From IMG/VR virus record IMGVR_UViG_3300042268_000564: 64,000 bases of DNA, one strand, 5' to 3'. Made by a program: the position numbers and the translations under genes. Source of the stretch: a virus. Taxonomy: Duplodnaviria > Caudoviricetes. Below the pieces are notes generated by a model that saw only the letters and a program-made list of their open reading frames with translations, was not told the origin of the DNA and made no database searches. Of the stretch, positions 1-9,963 are shown piece after piece (the stretch's first letter is position 1; each line of letters opens with the position of its first letter).

Positions 1-1895
1 TCACGGTTCGTGTGGCAGAGAATCGCAATGAAGAAAAAGAAAGTGGTATAACCAGTAAGTATGTTGGCGCCACTTTTATGCCTCGCAATAAGATTATTAC
101 TATAAATAAGGGTTTGGTAAACGACATTGTAAAAAATAAGGGCAAAGAAGCTGCCGGGGTCCTTATTCATGAGATGGGGCATTTTATTGTTGGCGAAAAG
201 AGAGCGAATGAGGGAACGACTTTGGCGCATGGCGGCCGCAGAGGCTTAACTCCCGCAGAGATTGCAGAAGAAATTGGTGTAGAATTGTTGGCACAATCTA
301 TGTCTGATTCAAGGAACCGAATCGGCTACGAGGCTATTATTGCTCAGGGCACAAAGGCTGTTGCTACAATGATGAACATTCCGATGAAAGATGCCGCCGA
401 AAAAATTATTAACGTTGGCTTGGCGCAAAACGCTTCAGAAGATGATACTAAACGTGTTCTTACTGGTTTAAGCATGATGAAAACATTGGGGAGAATGTCG
501 GCAGTTGAGACCGTCAAGGCAAGAGATGAAGTTCTTGATGCTGCTGTAGAAATTTTTGAGAAGAAAGGCTTTGACGTGGTCAAAGATAGGCAAAATGCTC
601 AAAAAGTTACAGAGGATTCTTTACTCACTGCAAGAGTAAGTGCGGCAGACACTCGTTGGTCGGCAGTTAACACCGCCAGACCCGATGTTGTTATGGTGTA
701 TGCTGCCAGTGGTGGATTGCCCATGAAATTTGATAGTAAAAAATTAGAGGCTGAGGCGAAGCTGGCAACTGTTCATGTTCTTACTAATAGGATGAATGCG
801 GCAGATATTTTAGTCAATCAAAATTTGCCGCAGGAATTAAAAACAAGATTAGCCGAAATGAGCTTGTTTAATCAAACGATTAGAGATGTAGCTGTGAAAG
901 GGAAAACACCGCAGGAATTGATTGCCGACAATCAGCAAACTGTTTACAACAGGTTGCTATCTAATGAGCAAATTGCAAAAGTTGTGAATACGGCTTCGTC
1001 GAAAGAGTTTATTGCGAGATATAATGTTGCCAGTTTAACGGCGTTGACGACGGCTGAGACTGTTTTCAAAGCTCCTGATGCTAACGCAAGAACGTTGGCT
1101 TACGCTTTGAAAATGGCTGGTTCTACTGGGATAGATATGGGCACTGGCATGACAAAAGACATAGAAAAAAATGCTGATTTAATTTATGCAGCAAGAACTG
1201 GTGATGCAAGTGCGCTGGCAAAGGTAAAAGAAGTGTTGCCGAAGCAGTTCCAGCAGATTAACAAGAATATCGCTGAAAATGCTGAGAAAGTTAAATTTGT
1301 AGAACAAGTTTCACAGAATGATGCAGCAAAAAAAGAACTCGACAGGGCACTGGGTGGCATGGTCTATCTTGCAAGAATGAATGCAGAACATCCTCGCAAG
1401 GTGAGCATGAAGGTTGTGGAAACAAGGATTCGTGACACCGTTTCTGCTTTGGAAAGAGCGATGATTGCGGCTACTGGCAACCCTGAATCAGGGAAACGTC
1501 TTAATGATGTCTTGAGAGATGCTTTCAGTAATGTTTCTAATATGGCAAAAAATGTTACTGCAAAAGGTAAGCCTGCTACACCTGCATCGTGGTCGGTTCC
1601 TAATGCAGGAAAACCTACTCCAACACCAAAAGTTGAACCGCCAAAGGTTGAATCGCCAAAAGTAGAGAAGCCGAAAGCAACAAGCAAGCCTCGTACGAGC
1701 AAGAAAACAGAATTTTCTATAGGTCAGCAGCACAAGGATATGTTAACAAATATTATGATGAAAACTCAGATGGGGCAAAGCACGTCGTCTTTGAAAGAGA
1801 GCAAGCCTGATACCTATAAAGAGCTTGAGGACAATGGTTTTGTCAAAGATGGGAAATTAACTGACAAAGGTCGAAATTACTTCATTAAAAAGTAA
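1..1895 (+). CDS. Large Ala/Lys-rich protein with zincin-like HExxH motif (5' probably truncated by window edge); possible virion internal protein
   Basis: VLIHEMGH followed by a downstream Glu (AEEIGVE); frame open to window start; PK-rich linker near C-terminus. Confidence 0.55.
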   Translation, partial: TVRVAENRNEEKESGITSKYVGATFMPRNKIITINKGLVNDIVKNKGKEAAGVLIHEMGHFIVGEKRANEGTTLAHGGRRGLTPAEIAEEIGVELLAQSMSDSRNRIGYEAIIAQGTKAVATMMNIPMKDAAEKIINVGLAQNASEDDTKRVLTGLSMMKTLGRMSAVETVKARDEVLDAAVEIFEKKGFDVVKDRQNAQKVTEDSLLTARVSAADTRWSAVNTARPDVVMVYAASGGLPMKFDSKKLEAEAKLATVHVLTNRMNAADILVNQNLPQELKTRLAEMSLFNQTIRDVAVKGKTPQELIADNQQTVYNRLLSNEQIAKVVNTASSKEFIARYNVASLTALTTAETVFKAPDANARTLAYALKMAGSTGIDMGTGMTKDIEKNADLIYAARTGDASALAKVKEVLPKQFQQINKNIAENAEKVKFVEQVSQNDAAKKELDRALGGMVYLARMNAEHPRKVSMKVVETRIRDTVSALERAMIAATGNPESGKRLNDVLRDAFSNVSNMAKNVTAKGKPATPASWSVPNAGKPTPTPKVEPPKVESPKVEKPKATSKPRTSKKTEFSIGQQHKDMLTNIMMKTQMGQSTSSLKESKPDTYKELEDNGFVKDGKLTDKGRNYFIKK

Positions 1896-1904
1896 TATAG
1901 TTGC

Positions 1905-3716
1905 ATGGCAAAAACAAGTAATTCAGCAACAGGGCTTTGTTTAAATTATAGAAAGCTCAAAGATGCAGAAGCAAAGATAGACGAGACTGTACCTATCCTT
2001 GATGTAATGAAAAGGATGGGGCTAAAAGTCACACGGCTGGGAAATACTTATCGGACGTTATGCTTTTATCATAACGATACCAAAGAGCCAAATCTTTCGT
2101 ATATTGCTAATGGCAAGAACTTTGTCTTTTGTTTTTGCTGTAGATTGACTCGTAGACCAGTTCGGCTTTGGCAGGATTTCTTTTCTAAGACATTCGAAGA
2201 GGCTGTTTGTGACCTTGCCCCTATGGCAGGGATTAGTCTTTCAGATTTAGAGGGTGCACCTTCACGAGAAGAGCTTCTGCACAAAGAGGCATTAGCTGTA
2301 AATCTGGAAGTGGCGAATAAGATGCATGACAATGTAAAGCTTACGCCGCAGATTATGGAACATTTAAGGACTCGGTTTTCATTGGAAGCTATTAATCAGT
2401 GGCAGATAGGTTATTGTCCTGACGGCGATGAGCTTGTAACCTATTTAAGACATAAAAAGAAATTTTCCTACGATGCCATCAAGCTTGCAGGGATAAAGCC
2501 AAAGATGTTTCATGATAGAATCATTTTCCCATTAAAGAACCTTTATGGAAATATTGTAGCGTTCAGTGCTCGTTCTTGGGGAGTAACCCCTGAAGATGAA
2601 AAGGCAAAACGCACTAATCCAGACGGGAATGATTCGCCAAAATATATCAATACTTATGCCAGTAAGATTTTTAACAAATCCTCTGAAATGTATGGATTAT
2701 GTGTCGCCAGAGAGCATGTTAAAGCAAATGACAATTCCTTGATTCTTGTAGAGGGTCATCCTGACGTTATAGCAATGCATGAAGCAGGCTTTTTAAACAC
2801 CGCAGGCGTAATGTCAGCAAGCTTTAATATTGTTGCTGCAAAGATGTTAGAAGCTGTTGGGGTTCAGAAGATTATTTTTTGTTTCGATGGTGATAGAGGT
2901 GGCAGAGAAGGAACTTTGCGGATATTAAAGCAGGAGTCTAAGATTAACCAGCAGCTTATGGAACATGGTGGCTGTTTGCGCTTTTATGCTGTTGGTATTC
3001 CGTGGGGTTGCGACCCTGAAGAATACCTTAGAAATAAAGACAATGTTATCAGTATGAAAAAGATTTTGCGCAAGCCGATGACGTGTCTTGATTTTTATAT
3101 CTACAATCTTTTAAGGACTCAAACACCCCAAACATTGTCTGAAAAATTAGATTTTATTTATAATATTCGAAAAGAGCTGCATAAAGATATTAAGCCAGCA
3201 GAACTTCAGGTTACGGAAAAGTTTTTGTGTGATTCATTTGGCTTGGATTCAATTCAACTGTGTGAATATGCTAAGTCAATGGATTACAAAGAAGAAGTCT
3301 TTAAAATGGAAGATGAATTTATTGCGGCAGTCTTGAATGATAAATTTTTCCAAAAAGTGGCATTGGAAGTTGTGCCGCCTGAGTGGATACAGGGACGGAA
3401 TAATGTAGTGTATCGAGCGATTCTTGAATTGTATAAGAATAATGATTACATTGCTTTCGAGACTATGTGGGATAAGATTGTTTATTTGGGCATGGCAGCT
3501 CATCTTGGTGTAAAAAAAGAGGAGTTGGCAAAAAGATTTAAACGTGTGCCATCAGACCCGTTGCCAATGATTGCGGATTTGAAGCGTAGGGGCAGGAAGC
3601 GTAGGGTTGCTGATACTATGGCAAGGATTTGTGCGAAAGCAAAGAATCTTACTGAGCAAGAGCTTGTGGAAGAAATAAAAAAATGTGCATTAATTTTTGA
3701 AGCAGAATTTAATTGA
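1905..3716 (+). CDS. dnaG: DNA primase, DnaG type
   Basis: Zn finger CFYH...CFCC, RIIFP..GNIVAFSAR, PKYINT, TOPRIM EGHPDV and FDGDRGG. Confidence 0.93.
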   Translation: MAKTSNSATGLCLNYRKLKDAEAKIDETVPILDVMKRMGLKVTRLGNTYRTLCFYHNDTKEPNLSYIANGKNFVFCFCCRLTRRPVRLWQDFFSKTFEEAVCDLAPMAGISLSDLEGAPSREELLHKEALAVNLEVANKMHDNVKLTPQIMEHLRTRFSLEAINQWQIGYCPDGDELVTYLRHKKKFSYDAIKLAGIKPKMFHDRIIFPLKNLYGNIVAFSARSWGVTPEDEKAKRTNPDGNDSPKYINTYASKIFNKSSEMYGLCVAREHVKANDNSLILVEGHPDVIAMHEAGFLNTAGVMSASFNIVAAKMLEAVGVQKIIFCFDGDRGGREGTLRILKQESKINQQLMEHGGCLRFYAVGIPWGCDPEEYLRNKDNVISMKKILRKPMTCLDFYIYNLLRTQTPQTLSEKLDFIYNIRKELHKDIKPAELQVTEKFLCDSFGLDSIQLCEYAKSMDYKEEVFKMEDEFIAAVLNDKFFQKVALEVVPPEWIQGRNNVVYRAILELYKNNDYIAFETMWDKIVYLGMAAHLGVKKEELAKRFKRVPSDPLPMIADLKRRGRKRRVADTMARICAKAKNLTEQELVEEIKKCALIFEAEFN

Positions 3717-3767
3717 CAAGTCTTGGCGTGCATCTATAATACGTGTATCCAATTTTGAGGTATTTTA

Positions 3768-3920
3768 ATGAACATTCAAGGTGCACGGCAAGTTTACAAG
3801 CGCAAAGGTGAGAGTCCTGTTATTTCTGGGAGACGACAGGTAACAAGGTCGTGGAAAAAGATAGTTTTTTTGTCTGTGATTATGATTATTATTCTGTGTG
3901 GAAAGGTTCTGGCAAAATAA
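3768..3920 (+). CDS. Small membrane protein (50 aa, not in ORF track)
   Basis: MNIQGARQ...WKKIVFLSVIMIIILCGKVLAK; SD GAGG; follows promoter; TAATG overlap with next gene. Confidence 0.55.
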   Translation: MNIQGARQVYKRKGESPVISGRRQVTRSWKKIVFLSVIMIIILCGKVLAK

Positions 3921-4465
3921 TGAAGACACCCTGTAGCACTGGCTGTAATATGTGTGGAACATGTTGTGTGATTTATACCATTGACGATGAAAAGCTCCAG
4001 AAAGCGTCTTTTAAACGTTGTCCGAACTTAGTTTACGAAGGAAACAAGGCTTTATGTTCTATTCATGAAACAAAAGGAAAATGTCAGCCTGATACGTGTA
4101 AAGAATATGATGCTACAAAACGTCAAAAGACGGTTTGGTATGATGATAGATTTAAGTTCTATAAGCAGCGTGAGTTTATGGAGCATTGGGCATGGTGTTC
4201 AAAGCAAGGGTATCTCAAACATTTGCCGATTATGCAAGCTATAGCGAATAAAGATTATTCTGAGAAGGTAACAGAACAAGTTTTTCGTTATTTTGTTCAT
4301 CCAGTTTGTATGGATATTGACGGTACGCTTGCAGTAGAGAAAGAATGGTTTGGGTTGTGGCAAGGATTGAAAGACTATCTTAAAACTTTGCCAGATGAGG
4401 TTAAGAGTAAGTGGTGTGCTAAGAATAATAAGAATTATCGCAAGAAGCCATTGCAAGTAATTTGA
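3920..4465 (+). CDS. CxxCxxCC (YkgJ-like) cysteine-cluster protein
   Basis: CNMCGTCC...CPNL...CSIH...PDTC; ATG at 3920 is coupled to the upstream stop. Confidence 0.65.
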   Translation: MKTPCSTGCNMCGTCCVIYTIDDEKLQKASFKRCPNLVYEGNKALCSIHETKGKCQPDTCKEYDATKRQKTVWYDDRFKFYKQREFMEHWAWCSKQGYLKHLPIMQAIANKDYSEKVTEQVFRYFVHPVCMDIDGTLAVEKEWFGLWQGLKDYLKTLPDEVKSKWCAKNNKNYRKKPLQVI

Positions 4466-4550
4466 TTGTCAAAAATAAGCAATAAAAGCCCTGATTTTAC
4501 AGGGCTTTTTTCTTTTTAAAGTATTAACCATATTAATATGGAGAAGTTTT

Positions 4551-5720
4551 ATGGTTAAAGGAACTGGCATAAAAGCGACAAAAGTTTCTGACAATAGTAT
4601 CACTCTTGGCAAACAACCAGCAGGGGTTGCGAGACGATATGGTGGCGCAGTGAGAAATGCGCTGGGACGAGCCTCAGTCAAAGGCAGTAAGCTTAATAAA
4701 ACAGCTTTACTTGCAGCTTTAACTGTTAAAGGAAGTAAATTAACGCCGGACAGGGCTAAGAAGCTTGTAGATAAGGTATTTAATGAAGCTGCGCCTCGTA
4801 AAGTGGCGGTAGCGAATCCTTTTAAGAATAAAACAAACCAGATGGCATTCTTTGATTTCTTTAAAAAGAAAGAGTCGTCGGAAGAATCTACTGAACAAAG
4901 ACTGGCGAGAGAAAAGGGACTCCAGCAAGGTGCAAGAAACGAAGTAACAGGACGTGCTGTTGGCGAAGCGAGAGTAAAACGTGACACTTATCTTCAGAAG
5001 CAGAATGAAGCTGGCAAGATAGACAAGAAGTTCCAAGATATGCCAATTTTCCAAAATAAAACGAATCAACTTTCAGGCAAGGCATTAGGCGAGACAACAC
5101 AAATATCTGGCAAGGTTGAGGCTGGAATTTTTGACGTGGCGAGGTCTAATGTTGAAAGGATTGCCAGAGAGAACGGTATGGATAATAAAGTGGCAAGGAA
5201 CATGATTAATACGCTTGCCGACCTTTCGTTGAATCAAGGTATTCAAGACCGTCAAGCATTAGAGGTCGCATTTAAAGAATCTATGCAAGCTTTTGGGAAC
5301 GATGCTAAAGCTATAAGTCGTTCTGCAAAAGAGCTGAACATTTCTAAATCGGATTTGCAAGACGCTGTTAAAAAGGCTCAAGGAATGAGTATTGACAATA
5401 TTCTTGGCAAGACCAATAGTGCATTTCAAGCATCAGTTGAATACTTCCCATCAAAAACATTGGCAGCGACTCATAAAGTGAGTCCGAAAATAATGGATTT
5501 GGTTGGTAATAACTTCCGTGACATGCTTTATAATAAAAATATGAGCAGAAAAGATATGGCTGCTGAATTCGACCGCACAAATAATGCAATGGCTCAAATG
5601 GAACAAGACAAACCAAAAGCATTTGCGAATAAAGCAAAAGAATATGGACTTACACCGAGAGAACTTTCAGACTCAGTAAGAAGATTGCAAAAACTTTCTA
5701 TTGACGATTTGTTACACTAA
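4551..5720 (+). CDS. Shared-leader family protein A (98-aa conserved N-terminus + unique helical cargo)
   Basis: N-terminus strongly similar to ORFs at 8860 and 29849. Confidence 0.8.
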   Translation: MVKGTGIKATKVSDNSITLGKQPAGVARRYGGAVRNALGRASVKGSKLNKTALLAALTVKGSKLTPDRAKKLVDKVFNEAAPRKVAVANPFKNKTNQMAFFDFFKKKESSEESTEQRLAREKGLQQGARNEVTGRAVGEARVKRDTYLQKQNEAGKIDKKFQDMPIFQNKTNQLSGKALGETTQISGKVEAGIFDVARSNVERIARENGMDNKVARNMINTLADLSLNQGIQDRQALEVAFKESMQAFGNDAKAISRSAKELNISKSDLQDAVKKAQGMSIDNILGKTNSAFQASVEYFPSKTLAATHKVSPKIMDLVGNNFRDMLYNKNMSRKDMAAEFDRTNNAMAQMEQDKPKAFANKAKEYGLTPRELSDSVRRLQKLSIDDLLH

Positions 5721-5736
5721 TAGAGGACTCTTTCAA

Positions 5737-5763
5737 GAAGCACTCCTTCGGGGGTGCTTTTTT
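5737..5763 (+). terminator. Intrinsic terminator
   Basis: AAGCACTCC-TTCG-GGGGTGCTT followed by T run. Confidence 0.85.
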
Positions 5764-5810
5764 GTTTGACATTGTTGCCTATTTCGTTATAATAAATGTG
5801 AGGTGAAAAA

Positions 5811-6209
5811 ATGTTTGTTTACAATGATGGTGGCAGGGCAAAGGCTGGTTTCAAAGGTGAGACAAGAGACTGTGTCACAAGGGCTATTGCTATTGCTACT
5901 GGGAAGCCTTATAAAACTGTTTATGATGCCCTTAATAAACTCGCTGGCAAAAGTGTAGCAAGAACTGGTGTTCCACGAAAGATTTATGAGGCTTATTTAC
6001 TAGCTGACGGGTGGCGTTGGGTTCCTACGATGCTTGTGGGCAAAGGTTGCAAGGTTCATTTGTTGGCAGATGAATTGCCAAAGGGCAAGTTGATTGTTCG
6101 GGTTTCTAAGCATATTGTTGCTGTTATTGATGGCGTAATTCATGATACAAGTGACCCAAGTAGAGGTGGCTCACGTTGCGTCTATGGTTATTTCACAAAG
6201 GAGAAGTAA
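5811..6209 (+). CDS. Conserved phage hypothetical protein
   Basis: DCVTRAIAIATG...HIVAVIDG..HDT pattern typical of phage ORFs; own promoter and SD. Confidence 0.6.
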   Translation: MFVYNDGGRAKAGFKGETRDCVTRAIAIATGKPYKTVYDALNKLAGKSVARTGVPRKIYEAYLLADGWRWVPTMLVGKGCKVHLLADELPKGKLIVRVSKHIVAVIDGVIHDTSDPSRGGSRCVYGYFTKEK

Positions 6210-6210
6210 T

Positions 6211-6405
6211 ATGAGTGCAATGAAAGATGCTCAATTAGAGGCTCAGGAAAAACTTTCTGTTGAATGGCGACAAGTTTATATGTTGTTGGATAGAGAGAAA
6301 AAAGCAAAGCGTAAAAATTACGCCGCTTTGAATGATTATATGATTCGATTACGCTCCATTGAAGAACAGGCAAAAGAGATGAATATTGAATTGATTATCA
6401 GGTGA
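6211..6405 (+). CDS. Hypothetical protein
   Basis: SD GGAG before ATG 6211. Confidence 0.55.
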   Translation: MSAMKDAQLEAQEKLSVEWRQVYMLLDREKKAKRKNYAALNDYMIRLRSIEEQAKEMNIELIIR

Positions 6406-6446
6406 GAGTAAAATATAGATAAACCATAATAGGACGGTTTATTTAT

Positions 6447-6869
6447 ATGCCAGAAAGCCTTAAAGACGGGGTTTGGTACCCCGAAATGATTCTTAAAGAC
6501 CTTGTTGACGCAGGTATCTCTGCCAAAACAGTAGGTTACGATATTGTTGATGTTACGGGCAAACGTTTTTTTTATTTTGCCGATGACGAAAAAATCCCAT
6601 TTGCAGTTGTAGCTTGGAAGCAAGATGACTATATGATTCTTGCTTTTGCACAAGAAATGCCGACTAATATAACAAAAGATATCGTAAAAGCTTTCCGTAA
6701 AGTGCTCGGTTATCCACCATTTGTTCAATACGACTCTTTTCAGCGTGGAGAAGCTTTCAAGGTATTTGAGTGGGCTAAGAATGATGAGGACGATAAATTT
6801 ATTACAATCATGACATTGCCTAACATTAAGAATGTGACAAAAGTGAAAGATGAGTATTACAATGCCTAA
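6447..6869 (+). CDS. Hypothetical protein
   Basis: ORF with SD, co-oriented with neighbours. Confidence 0.55.
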   Translation: MPESLKDGVWYPEMILKDLVDAGISAKTVGYDIVDVTGKRFFYFADDEKIPFAVVAWKQDDYMILAFAQEMPTNITKDIVKAFRKVLGYPPFVQYDSFQRGEAFKVFEWAKNDEDDKFITIMTLPNIKNVTKVKDEYYNA

Positions 6870-7323
6870 TCCACGAAAACGACTTGCTGATTTATCAGAA
6901 CAAAAACAAACATTTCTGCCTGAGAAATATGTTCTTTTAATTAAAACACCAAAAAAGGCGTTGGCGGTAGAAGGGCGCAAAGATTTTACAGAACATTCTA
7001 GCAGAGATGCGTCTACTGTTGTTTGGTTTGAGTTATTGTATAAACTCTCGCAATTAAAGGGGTTGGAAACTGTTAATCGAAAGTATAGATTAACTCATTA
7101 CAGTCCATTGCTGGCAGTGCCTGAAGGGTTCAGTGGTATGACAATTACCCATGAGCAAGATGGCACGATAACTTTTGGCGGAAGATTTTTTGCGAATTGT
7201 GCGTATTCGTCGGAGGATACAACATTAGAATTGTTTGCATATTTTGATGAAGCTTTGCAAGTGCCGGATGATGAAGTAAGAACAGTAATGCAGGAATTTT
7301 GCGTAGGGATGCATGATTTGTGA
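6850..7323 (+). CDS. Hypothetical protein
   Basis: Overlapping operon-like ORF. Confidence 0.55.
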   Translation: MSITMPNPRKRLADLSEQKQTFLPEKYVLLIKTPKKALAVEGRKDFTEHSSRDASTVVWFELLYKLSQLKGLETVNRKYRLTHYSPLLAVPEGFSGMTITHEQDGTITFGGRFFANCAYSSEDTTLELFAYFDEALQVPDDEVRTVMQEFCVGMHDL

Positions 7324-7919
7324 GGCAAAAGATGGATAATGTAGGTTTAATTTTGTGGGATGGGACAACTTCTGTAGAGAATATGACTTCACAGCACAGT
7401 ATGATGCGTGGAGCTGGCATAAATAGAATTTGTGTGGTTGGATGTGGTCAAACAGCTCGTCCAAATTCTTTGATAACATTGTATGAGAATAAGCCTATTG
7501 GGTCTTACGCAGCTCTTGTTCGAGGGGTTAATTATTGTGAGATGTCAATGTTTAATGGTTCTACAGTGAACCAAGAAGGTGTGTTTATTCATTATGCAGA
7601 TGAGCCATTAACATTGAATATTATTAATAAGATTATGCAAATATCTACTATTTGCAGCAATGGAAGCGCAGATATTGTAATGGCTCTTAGACTGGTGGAT
7701 GATAGCTCGAAGCCTAAATATGCTATAGGGCATGATGGAACAATTCAAGGGGTTCAAGAACGTTCAAGAGGGCATGAAAATTTCGGAACTCTATTTATAA
7801 AACGTGGCTTTTTAAAAGGAATGCCAACAGGCTTTACAAAAATACATGAATTTATAGATTGGGCTGTAAAGAACGATACAGCTAAGATTTACGGTGCAAT
7901 AATTAGTTGTAGTAAATAG
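7320..7919 (+). CDS. Hypothetical protein, possibly a degenerate sugar-nucleotidyltransferase-like fold
   Basis: VGLILWDG / AGINRICVV / FIHYAD spacing loosely recalls NTP_transferase; weak. Confidence 0.35.
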   Translation: MRQKMDNVGLILWDGTTSVENMTSQHSMMRGAGINRICVVGCGQTARPNSLITLYENKPIGSYAALVRGVNYCEMSMFNGSTVNQEGVFIHYADEPLTLNIINKIMQISTICSNGSADIVMALRLVDDSSKPKYAIGHDGTIQGVQERSRGHENFGTLFIKRGFLKGMPTGFTKIHEFIDWAVKNDTAKIYGAIISCSK

Positions 7920-8043
7920 CTGTTTTAAATAGATTGTAAGCCGTGCCCCCTGCTTTTTTCGCATTAGCAGGGGTTTTTTCTTGCTTTTTATAAAGTATTT
8001 ATTAGCGGCAGAGCTGGCAACGGGGACTAAAGGAGATTTTTTG

Positions 8044-8769
8044 ATGGATAATTCTAAGTTCAAGCAGGTGTCGAACGACGGCAGCGGCGTGTTGACGGTA
8101 TCTGTCGACAACGCATTAGTGTGTAGCGATATTCATGTGCCCGGTCATAGTGAATATCATATTAAAAAGATGATTAAATATGGTTTGGAACATGGCATTA
8201 AACATCTTTTTATTGCTGGCGATTTTTGGAATCATGATGCAATTTCACGATGGGAGCTTAAAGATAGAAATCTTGGGCTTGCCGATGAATTAAAAGCAGG
8301 AAAAGAGCTTTTGCACAGATTAACAAAATATTTTTATGTTTATCTGGTGTGTGGGAATCATGATGCAAGGATGCCAAGGATTTTGAAGTATGCTGTAAGT
8401 TATTCTGATTGGGTTGCGACAATCCATGCAAAGAAACTTGTAGTTACTGACTTTGATTATATGTTTCTTGAATCTGATGGTGAAATTTTCCGAATATGTC
8501 ATCCAGACATGTATAGCTTGGTAAAAAACAAAAGTGCCTCTACATTGGCACAAGACCTTCAGCAACACGTTATTATGGGGCACCAACATTACCTATCCAT
8601 AGCTACAAACAAAACGGGCAAGTATATGGCAATTGATGCAGGCTGCATGTGTGATATTAACGCCTTTGTTTACAAGAAAGCATCAACCACAAGATGCCCC
8701 GAATGGGAGAATGGTTTTTTCCATATTAAGAATGGGAAAGTAAAGATGATTTGTGATTACACCTTTTGA
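8044..8769 (+). CDS. Calcineurin-like metallophosphoesterase
   Basis: SDIH, AGDFWN, GNHD, GHQH motifs; SD AGGAG. Confidence 0.85.
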   Translation: MDNSKFKQVSNDGSGVLTVSVDNALVCSDIHVPGHSEYHIKKMIKYGLEHGIKHLFIAGDFWNHDAISRWELKDRNLGLADELKAGKELLHRLTKYFYVYLVCGNHDARMPRILKYAVSYSDWVATIHAKKLVVTDFDYMFLESDGEIFRICHPDMYSLVKNKSASTLAQDLQQHVIMGHQHYLSIATNKTGKYMAIDAGCMCDINAFVYKKASTTRCPEWENGFFHIKNGKVKMICDYTF

Positions 8770-8859
8770 CAAGGTGAGAGGTTTTCATATTTGCCCTGCG
8801 GTTGCAGGGCTTTTTTTATTGTAAAATATTGATAAAAGATTATTGCAGGAGTATTCGAT

Positions 8860-9831
8860 ATGGTCAAAGGTATTGGCATAAAAGCAACAAAGGTTTCAGA
8901 TAATAGTTTAACACTTGGCAAACAGCCAGCGGGTGTTGCCAAGCGTTACGGCAATTCTGTTAAAGCTGCGCTTGATAAGGCTTCAGCCAAGGGCAGCAAG
9001 CTTAATAAAACAGCTTTACTTGCAGCTTTGACCGTCAAAGGTAGCAAGCTTACGGCAGATAAAGCCAAGAAAATTGTTGATAAAGTTTTCGCTGATGCAA
9101 AGTCTAATAAGATAACAGTGGCGAATCCGAAGAAAAATAGAACTCTTGTGGACATGGCGACGCTTTATAACTTGCCTTCTGGCAACCCTACTGACGGCAT
9201 GACAAAGCAACAGATTGCTGATAGAGCTGCCAGAATCAGAGCTAATGCTGAAGCAATGTTGGGCAATAAAAGCAACCCTATGACGGGGGCGAAGGAATTA
9301 CCCGCCGACCTTAAAGCTCAATTCGCCAAGATGGATGCTGACCGTGCAACTTTAAGAAAAGCTACTGATGCTGAGATTGGATATATCGTTGCTCAGGGTA
9401 AAAAAGAAAATGGCAATGTTCCTGCGACTGGCACATTAGAAAAACGTGCGAATCTTAGAGTAGATGTTGACAGGCAGACGGATGAATTAAAGGCTGTAAC
9501 GCCTACCGATAAACAAGTAATGTCTAAGGGTTTTGAGCTTGCGGATGGGCAGCTTGGGAAAATGGGCACTCTTTCTAAGAATGTTCTTAATGGGGCAATA
9601 GAGATTGGGCAAATGTCGAAAGATACGTTTGAAGCTTTGAAGGCTGCTGCGCCTTATAATAGGTCTACCAATAAGCCTGCTGGCGAAAAATTCTATTTAA
9701 CCTCTGTTGGTGAAGGTGACAAAAATGAGGTTGTGCTTACACCTGCAAATACTAGAGGCAGGGTTCCAATAGAAAAGAATAGGATAGATATTGTAAAAGA
9801 TGCCAAGACAGGGAAATATGATTTGCTGTAA
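8860..9831 (+). CDS. Shared-leader family protein B
   Basis: Same ~99-aa N-terminus as 4551 and 29849; unrelated C-terminus. Confidence 0.8.
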   Translation: MVKGIGIKATKVSDNSLTLGKQPAGVAKRYGNSVKAALDKASAKGSKLNKTALLAALTVKGSKLTADKAKKIVDKVFADAKSNKITVANPKKNRTLVDMATLYNLPSGNPTDGMTKQQIADRAARIRANAEAMLGNKSNPMTGAKELPADLKAQFAKMDADRATLRKATDAEIGYIVAQGKKENGNVPATGTLEKRANLRVDVDRQTDELKAVTPTDKQVMSKGFELADGQLGKMGTLSKNVLNGAIEIGQMSKDTFEALKAAAPYNRSTNKPAGEKFYLTSVGEGDKNEVVLTPANTRGRVPIEKNRIDIVKDAKTGKYDLL

Positions 9832-9963
9832 AATCCTTTAAATAAAAGGGCTTGCTGGTATCAATCGGCAAGCCTTTTTATTTTTTGAACAGATATTAAA
9901 AAAGTTACTTATATATGTTGACAATTTTATGAGAGTTAATATAATAAGTTGAAGGTGAATTAA

